This document shows, piece by piece, positions 34,468 to 41,387 of a DNA stretch of 41,387 nt (the stretch's first letter is position 1; the number at the start of each line of letters is the position of its first letter). The stretch lies in contig NC_068983.1 of assembly GCF_001194135.2 (NCBI RefSeq), positions 37,345,571 to 37,386,957 on the forward strand. The letters run 5' to 3'. The stretch is from Octopus bimaculoides (taxonomy: Eukaryota). A program made the translations under genes and the position numbers. The notes beneath the pieces were generated by a model. It was not told the DNA's origin. It ran no database searches and was given only the letters and a program-made list of their open reading frames with translations.

Positions 34468-34830
34468 GAGCTTCTTTTAGTTTCCCCTCTACCAAATCCA
34501 TTCTTAAGACTTGGTCTATATGAGGCATGAGGTGCTGTGTAGTGGGACTGAACTTGAAACTACATGGTTAGGAACCACACAGCCATATCTGTGCCTATAT
34601 CATCATCATCATCATCATTTAACACCTGTTTTCCTTGCTGATATGGGTTCATAGTTTAGATGGTTTGACAGGATCCAGCAAGCTGCAGGTCTGCATTGTG
34701 CTCTGATGTCAGCTTTGGCATGGTTTTCACAGCTGCATGCCCTTCTTAATGCCAACTATTTTATTGTGTGCATTGCTTGATTTTTTTTTTCATGCCACCA
34801 GCATTAGTGAGGTCACCAAGTAATTTGCAA
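34190..34830 (-). mobile_element. Adjacent RTE tails (~34190-34400, ~34600-34830) and a family B SINE remnant (~34380-34590)
   Basis: GATGCCCTTCC motifs after (CAT)n and the GGGACTGAAC B box. Confidence 0.65.
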
Positions 34831-35414
34831 GACAGGAAACGGTACAGGTGTCTTGTTATGGAGAATATACATAGCTACTCCACAGTATATAGGGGTGGGT
34901 GCACATGCATGCTTTTGATATGTGTAGTCAAATCTATAATCTAGTTTCAATTCTTGAACTAGCCAAGCTTATAGCCTCCCCATCTGGGCCTACCCACCCT
35001 TTCATCTTTTCATTTTTCTTCCTTCCCTGTTACCCCATACTGTGTCTCATTTTCCAAGTCTTGCACTGAACACTTTCCGTCTGTTATCCTTCCTCCACAG
35101 AACTGTTACCGTCTGGAATTTCACTAACAAAGTGAAGTTGATGTCCCCAGTGCAGAAGAGATATTGGTTGAAGTGTTGGTAGTGGTTGGAAGAGTTCAGA
35201 GAGTGGGACAGTCAGCAGATGTGTTTGGCAGTGTGGGAGGGAGATTCTGATTCAGAGTAATTCAATGTCTTTTGCTGATATTCAGGTGAGAGGTAAGTGA
35301 TAGGGAGAGTTGAGTTTGCTTTTGTGTAGACTCTACTTTTGGAGTGAAAGCTGATTTCTGAATGAAGCATAGACTACAGATAAGTGTTGAGAGATTTGTC
35401 TTGAAGACAAGTGT

Positions 35415-35645
35415 GGGTGTGGCTGTGTGGTAAGAAGTAAGAAGTTTACTTCCCAACCATATAGTTCTGGGTTCAGATCCACTGCATGGTGCCTTGGGCA
35501 AGTGTCTTCTACTATAGCCTTGGGTCAACCAAAGCCTTGTGAATGAATTCAGTAGACAGAGACTGAAAGAAGCCAGTTGTATATATAAATGTGTGTGTGT
35601 GTGTGTTTGTCCCCTTTTACTACTTGACAACTGTTGGTGTGTACA
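35415..35645 (+). mobile_element. Family B SINE, 3'-truncated
   Basis: GTGGCTGTGTGGTAAG...GGGTTCAGATCC...CCTTGGGCAAGTGTCTTC. Confidence 0.8.
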
Positions 35646-36167
35646 TACCATATAAATGTATATTCTTATCAACATCACCTATTCCTATGGAAGGTATAAT
35701 TTGTAATCTTCGAAACATATGTTGGAAATAAAAGTATTCAGTTGACATATGCGTTTTACTCCTTTTACTAAATTTATATATATATATATATACAGTTTGT
35801 CAAGATCCAGTGGGTTCAGAGACTTCATCATGCTCCAGTGTCTGCTTTGGCATGATTTCTATGGCTGGGTGCCCTTCTAAACCCTAGCACCAACCACTTT
35901 ACAGTATATACCGGGTGCTTTCTTCATGCTGCCAGCGCTGTTATAAAATTGTAAATTAATGTTTGTTTTGAAGGGGCTGAAAAGGTACCATTCAACAATA
36001 ATATGTATGATCTAATGGGTGTTATACTACATATGGAAAACCATGTCCTTGTAGATAGAGTTCAGTATTGATATGAAACACCACAAATATTAATGACCTA
36101 GTTTATGTAATGCTAGATTCCGGAATATATTTTAAGTTCAGTCTCTCTCTCTCTCTCNNNNNNNNNN

Positions 36168-36228
<61 letters not shown>

Positions 36229-36439
36229 ACTATCTATCTATCTCTATTTGAAACGTAATTCAGATTAATTTAACTCTATTTCAGAAGACCGATGATGTGT
36301 CCAAAATGACGTACATTTATTCTCATGTGATATTGATTTAAAACTATTTAGTGATGATGGATCCTCATTTTACATTCTTCTAAGTAATATTTTCAGAAAT
36401 ATCATTTCTTTCAACAAATGTTAGTTTTTCTTTTAATAG

Positions 36440-36525
36440 AGACCATTACATTTTGAGTTGCCGCATGGTGATCATGTGGGAATGTCGGAAACTCTGGTAC
36501 AGACATTGCTCTGTGCCTTTAAAGT
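36440..36525 (+). CDS. Candidate exon (86 nt): RPLHFELPHGDHVGMSETLVQTLLCAFK(V); alternative open frame DHYILSCRMVIMWECRKLWYRHCSVPLK
   Basis: Acceptor ttagtttttcttttaatag| and donor AGT|gtgagt. CpG-retaining unique sequence. Phase 0 fits exon 33405-33439. Confidence 0.5.
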
Positions 36526-36778
36526 GTGAGTGCGAGTGAAAACTTCTTACAGTGAGTGTGAGTGTAACCCGTATATAATACAAACTAAAGCTTAACCCAA
36601 CATGATGCTTAAACAGGCTGTTAGACTTTATCTTTCATATGATTTAACACCACCTCCTAACCCTTGGGTGTCTTCAACATTTGGGCCAAGTTTCCCCCAA
36701 TGTCAAAATACTACCCTAACACTTGACTAAAAAATTAAAAAATAAAGTTCTTTTAATCCTTTATCATTTAAGCTCAGT

Positions 36779-37105
36779 GGAGGCGCAATGGCACAGTGGT
36801 TAGGGCAGCGGACTTGCAGTCATAGGATCGCGGTTTCAATTCCCAGACCGGGTATTGTGAGTGTTTATTTAGCGAAAACACCTAAAGCTCCACGAGGCTC
36901 CAGCAGTACTCTTTCACCACAACTTTCTCTCACTCTTACTTCCTGTTTCTGTTGTTCCTGTGATTCAAAGGGTCAGCCTTGTCACACTGTGTCACGCTGA
37001 ATATCCCCGAGAACTACATTAAGGGTACACGTGTCTGTGGTGTGCTCAGCCACATGCACGTTAATTTCAAGAGCAGGCTGTTCCGTTGATCGGATCAGCT
37101 GGAAC
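36779..37105 (+). mobile_element. tRNA-derived SINE (family D)
   Basis: A box TGGCACAGTGG, B-box-like GGTTTCAATTCC; body matches 27867-28341 in reverse. Confidence 0.85.
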
Positions 37106-37114
37106 AACAACAAC

Positions 37115-37332
37115 ATTTAAACTCAACTACATCTGACTCCATGTATTCTACCTTGTTTTGTGTTTAGACCAGCTAGATTCAGTCTATCACATCTACCCTA
37201 AAATGTCATTCTAACAATAAACAATCACATCATTGAAAACTCAAGACTATGAGATAATGCCTGGTTGATTTAAAACTATGTCAATAAATATGCATTACAA
37301 ATAAGAGAATGAGCTGAAAGCCAAAGGGTTAA
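37115..37332. mobile_element. piggyBac-type MITE (second family)
   Basis: Ends CCAAAGGG|TTAA; body similar to 3160-3325 in reverse. Confidence 0.55.
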
Positions 37333-38123
37333 AGTACTGGATTGACTTAGTATAACAGCTTGAACTCAGTTATAACCTTACTGAAATTTAATGCAGTTTT
37401 TCTGTTTAGTGTCCTAAATCTTAAGATAGAATATCCTGTAATTCAAGTAGTTTAATCATGACTAGAATATTGATTGAGTAATTCTTTAATCAGCTATTTC
37501 TATACCATAGATCTGTCCAAGTAGAGCTGACTAGGAAGCTATTCAATAAAAACACAAATGCCATGAAAAATTCTGTAGTTTCATTGGCTAGCTTCATATT
37601 ATAGGTGTGCACTTCAGCAGAACTGGCAAGATCTAATTACAAAAGTAACTCAACAATCCATCCTATGTTTGTGCTTAAAATATAATGCAAGTATCTCCAA
37701 GAGCCTCACTGATCTCATAAATTATTATCTCTGGCCTTTTGGCATTAATCAGGTGAGGAATAAACCTTTTTCTGGATGGGACATTTGTCTATAGTAGGTA
37801 ACATTTCTTGATAGCTGTGTGAACTGAAGAATGTGGAGTTGAGTGTATACTACTTAAATACACCACATACCTTTCATGGGTTTGAACCAAAAACCTGTGA
37901 ACTTATAGTGCAATAACATATCCACTATTTTACATGCTTCTGTCATTCATTCAGCTTGTAAAATAGGCATAAACAAAGTTAAGAATATTAAAGCAGACCA
38001 TAGAAACTATTAGGTTATAAACGTGTGTGTGTGTAAGTAAGTAATACAGTTGTTGGGATGTAATAAAGAATTTCTGCTATGCTACCTGAAATGATCTTAC
38101 ATTATTCTTAATATCATTTAAGT

Positions 38124-38570
38124 AAGGCGGTGAGCTTGCAGAAATGTTAGCACACCAAACAAAATGTTTGGCGGTATTTTGTCTGTCTTAACGTTCGGAG
38201 TTCAAATTCCGCCAAGGTTGACTTTGCCTTTCATCCTTTCGGGGGTCGATAAATTAAGTACCAGTTGCATACTGAGGTCGATCTAATCGACTGCCCCCTC
38301 CTCCCCCAAAATTTCAGGCCTTGTGCCGAGAATAGAAAAGAATATCATTTAAGGTGGTGAGTTGACAGAATTGTTAGCATGCTGGGAAAAAATACTTAAC
38401 AGCATTTTATTCATCTTTACATTCTGTGTTCAAATTCTACCAAGATTGACTTTTCTTTTCATCTTTTCAAAGTTGATAAACAAGTACTATTTGAACACCG
38501 AGGTTGATGTAACTGACTTACCTCATCCCCCAAAATTACTGGCCCTGTGTCAAAATTTGAAACCAGTATT
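38124..38570 (+). mobile_element. Tandem pair of family C SINEs (38124-38340, 38351-38570)
   Basis: AAGGCGGTGAGCTTGCAGAA...GAGTTCAAATTCC. The direct repeat AATATCATTTAAG at 38110-22 and 38341-53 flanks the first copy. Confidence 0.85.
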
Positions 38571-38879
38571 CTTAATATTCAGAATTTTAATTTCAAATTT
38601 TTTTTTCTCTTTTTTATTTTATTGGTGGTACTTTGGAAATATTGAATTACCACCATGCAATTCTTTAACATTATGTATTAGTTTGCTTTATTGATTGGGA
38701 AAAAAACTATTTATTGTTTTCAATGTAAACTGATATTAGACCTTACAAGCATTACTAATTTCAGGCAGAAATGAGGAGGAACACTCACTGTTAACATCTT
38801 AGATTTACTATTTGAATCAATTTGACAAATATAGAAGTTTAGAATTGCTTTCCCTCCCGTTCTTTTCTTCACATTTTTA

Positions 38880-39035
38880 AAAGTAGATTAAATAACTTTG
38901 TTAATATTCAAATGGTATTATATATCTCAGTTAATTACAGCATGGTGTAAAATATCTTTGTTAATTATGATAATGTATAAAATATCTTTGTTAATTGCAA
39001 TATGGTATAAAATAACTTTGTTTATTACAACATCA
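38880..39035. repeat. AT-rich ~29-bp minisatellite (~5 units)
   Basis: Recurrent TAAAATA(T/A)CTTTGTTAATT. Confidence 0.7.
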
Positions 39036-39149
39036 TATGTCATCATCATCATCATCATCATTATATATCCATTTTTCAAAGTTTGCATAAGTTGAAAAGG
39101 TTCTTCTCCAGTACACTTATCACTTGTTGCAGTTCTTTGTCGTCTCTTT

Positions 39150-39396
39150 TGTGTTCTTCAGAATTCTTAGGTCAACTTTCACCTTTCATTTCTGTCTGTA
39201 TGTATATGGTATCCTAGAATATGGTTGCTTTGCCATTCTCAAAGACCTTTTTTGGTCTCTGTTCATACCATCTCTTTGCTACTGGTATTTCATAGAGCCA
39301 GCATAACTTGCAGTATATGTACTGTAACACACACTCTTTAAAATGCACTCTTTTATCGAAAAAATTTCTAAAAATTACCCTGGGTTCCACATGCAA
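39150..39396 (-). mobile_element. Decayed restriction-like-endonuclease non-LTR retrotransposon fragment (R4/Dong-like)
   Basis: Minus frame YIYCKLCWLYEIPVAKRWYEQRPKKVFENGKATIF*D resembles the R4/Dong motif '...LC..Y.IP...WYEH.P.KV.EN...TILWD'. Confidence 0.6.
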
Positions 39397-39412
39397 AGTT
39401 AGATCTATATAA

Positions 39413-39625
39413 CAAGAGGGTGTTGAAAATCCTGGCTTTAAGGGTGTAGCAAAAGGTCTAGTTGGAGGCCCAACCTTCCAAGTTCTTTTACAGAGCTTAG
39501 AAAAACTGAAGGACCACTGCAGTAAATGTGAATCTGAGTGGGGAATATGTTAAATAAAATCATAATTAACTGATCCTCCTGTATTTTCTTTTACCCAAAG
39601 CCAAGAACTTTTCAGTACCACCTCA
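39413..39625. mobile_element. Mariner-type MITE, inverted copy of 26985-27201
   Basis: Shares AACTGATCCTCCTGTATTTTCTTTTACCCAAAG in reverse; TIR-like ends. Confidence 0.8.
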
Positions 39626-39814
39626 TACATGATTTTACACACTAAAGACATTTTTTTCTTGAATGTGCTCTGCAGAAATTCAGGTGTGTCTGACATGCCT
39701 GTACTTCTTTTTGCTACCAACTACAGCAAGTCCCAACTTTACCGTACCTGCTGATGTAGTCGTTCTTAGTTAAGACAGGGCAGCTAGAGACAATGTGGTT
39801 CTTTACCTCTTCCT

Positions 39815-40060
39815 TTCATCATCATCATCGTTTAACATATGTTTTCCATGCTGGCATAGGTTGGACAATTTGACTGAGGTCTGGCAAGCCAGGAGGCTGC
39901 ACCAGGCTCCAATCTGATTTGGCAGAGTTTCTACAGCTAGATGCCCTTCCTAACACCAACCACTCTGAGAGCGTAGTGGGTGCTTTTTATGTGCCACCGG
40001 CATAGGAGCCAGTCAGGCATGCCTGGCATTGATCATGTTTGGATAGTGCTTTTTGCATAT
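39815..40060 (-). mobile_element. RTE-type 3' tail
   Basis: (CAT)n-CGTTTAAC...GATGCCCTTCCTAACACCAACC. Confidence 0.8.
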
Positions 40061-40394
40061 ATTCTCCAACAGTTACTGTATTCTGTTTTGTTATATGTTT
40101 CTGAGGATTTTGGAAGGCTTTGATCCTCTGCCAGAATCAAGAACTTTCAGTTTTGTAATGTTTCTTAGCCAATGTTGGGATCCTTCTTTGTCACCCTCCC
40201 CCCACTTTTTCTAGCATTGGCCATGTAGGAGCTTTCTAGCTAGTGAGTGCTTCTAGGATGCAATCAGAAGCTCTTGTGGGAATTTAAACAAACTGGAACT
40301 AGTTCTCAAATGGTGGGGAGACAAACACTGACACAATGACAGACAGACAGATAGACACGCATACACACACAAACACACATTTTATGATGATGTA

Positions 40395-40441
<47 letters not shown>

Positions 40442-40521
40442 CCTTGCTCTGCGGACACTTTAACTGCAATTGTTGCTGTTATGTTTTTGTAAATACAAAA
40501 AAAAAAGAAAATAACATTTAA

Positions 40522-40669
40522 ATAAACAATATGAGAGACCACTATGTGGATCATTTGTATGCTAAAAATAAATGTCAAACCGTCTTACCATGAAATTTTG
40601 CAGTTAGACGGTTTGATATCTATTTGTAGCATACAAGGGATCCACATAGTAGTCTCTCATATTGTTTAT
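40522..40669. repeat. Hairpin with 64-bp arms (6 mismatches) and 20-nt loop
   Basis: 40522-40585 versus 40606-40669. Confidence 0.9.
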
Positions 40670-40789
40670 ATTTAAATAGAATTCACAGTCGGATGTTTTT
40701 TTTTAAGTATGCTAACCACTGGTTGAAATTGAAATTATCTAATAATATCAATTTCTAACCTTAACATTTAAATAAATAATAATAATGAT

Positions 40790-41000
40790 GATGCTTTCAA
40801 ACTTTGGCACTGGGGCAGCCATATATATTTAAGGTGACATGTCAATTCCATTGACCATGGTAATCAGCTGGTGCTTTATTTTATCAACTCCGAAAGGATG
40901 AAAAGCAAAGTTGACCTTGGTGGCACTTGAACTCATAGTGTAAAAGACCTCAAGAAATACTGTTAAATGTTTAGTCCAATGTGTTAGCAATTCTGCTTGC
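40790..41000 (-). mobile_element. Family C SINE, decayed
   Basis: TTTCAAACTTTGGCAC...TTTTATCAACTCCGAAAGGATGAAAAGCAAAG. Confidence 0.65.
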
Positions 41001-41259
41001 TCAATAATTGCTAACTGTTCAGTTTTGTCTTTGGATATTATTTGATGAGAGCAACCCCCACTGTGTGTAGACAGCTGCTGTGATTTTTAAGAGAGAAACA
41101 ATATCCATTCATAACTGATTGCAACACAGGGCAGACAGACTGGAAATTAATCTGAAAAGACATTCAAAGAAGATCAACATCGTGTGTGTGTGTGTGTGTG
41201 TGAGAGATTTTATTTGGTTTCTCCAGAATGTAAACTGGAATGCCTAAATCAATACTCAC

Positions 41260-41291
41260 TATACATACATATATATATATGTATATATATG

Positions 41292-41387
<96 letters not shown>
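41260..41387. repeat. (AT)n microsatellite; one of many (AT)n, (CA)n, (CT)n and (CAT)n tracts across the window
   Basis: Directly visible. Confidence 0.95.

Noticed and set aside
35101-35285. Strong plus-strand acceptor and downstream donors
   Set aside because: Stops occur in all three frames. The minus-strand 'LFCTGDINF' hints at a decayed LINE endonuclease.
36779-36850. tRNA-like heads (also 11898, 13773, ~16200, 38124) as tRNA genes
   Set aside because: They have A/B boxes but no complete cloverleaf, and each continues into a repeated SINE body.
477-40578. Most ORF-track ORFs (YIYI, THTH, CVCV, poly-X, poly-D/M/H)
   Set aside because: They are translations of microsatellites, N gaps or repeat antisense strands.

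Overview
AT-rich, repeat-dominated eukaryotic genomic DNA from a gapped draft assembly. The SINE/LINE/MITE repertoire and dense (AT)n/(CA)n/(CAT)n microsatellites point to a coleoid cephalopod, probably Octopus (inference). There are no prokaryotic features, CRISPR arrays, rRNA or true tRNA genes, and nearly all ORF-track ORFs are microsatellite or repeat artefacts. Transposon content: many 3' ends of an RTE-clade LINE (three retain RT C-terminal coding remnants), several tRNA-derived SINE families, a decayed DD37D/maT-type mariner nested in a piggyBac-type MITE, mariner and hAT MITEs with recognisable TIRs/TSDs, and an R4/Dong-like fragment. A CpG-retaining zone (~17.75-22.3 kb) lies between CpG-poor flanks. 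Short, phase-compatible candidate exons run away from it on both strands, suggesting two unidentified divergent genes. The most notable signals are two plus-strand hammerhead-ribozyme motifs about 210 nt apart (a near-canonical type I at 17591-17643 and a type III-like one at 17349-17420) and several long hairpins (10.9, 28.4, 40.5 and 5.1-5.6 kb). All structures were read by eye; no folding or database searches were run.
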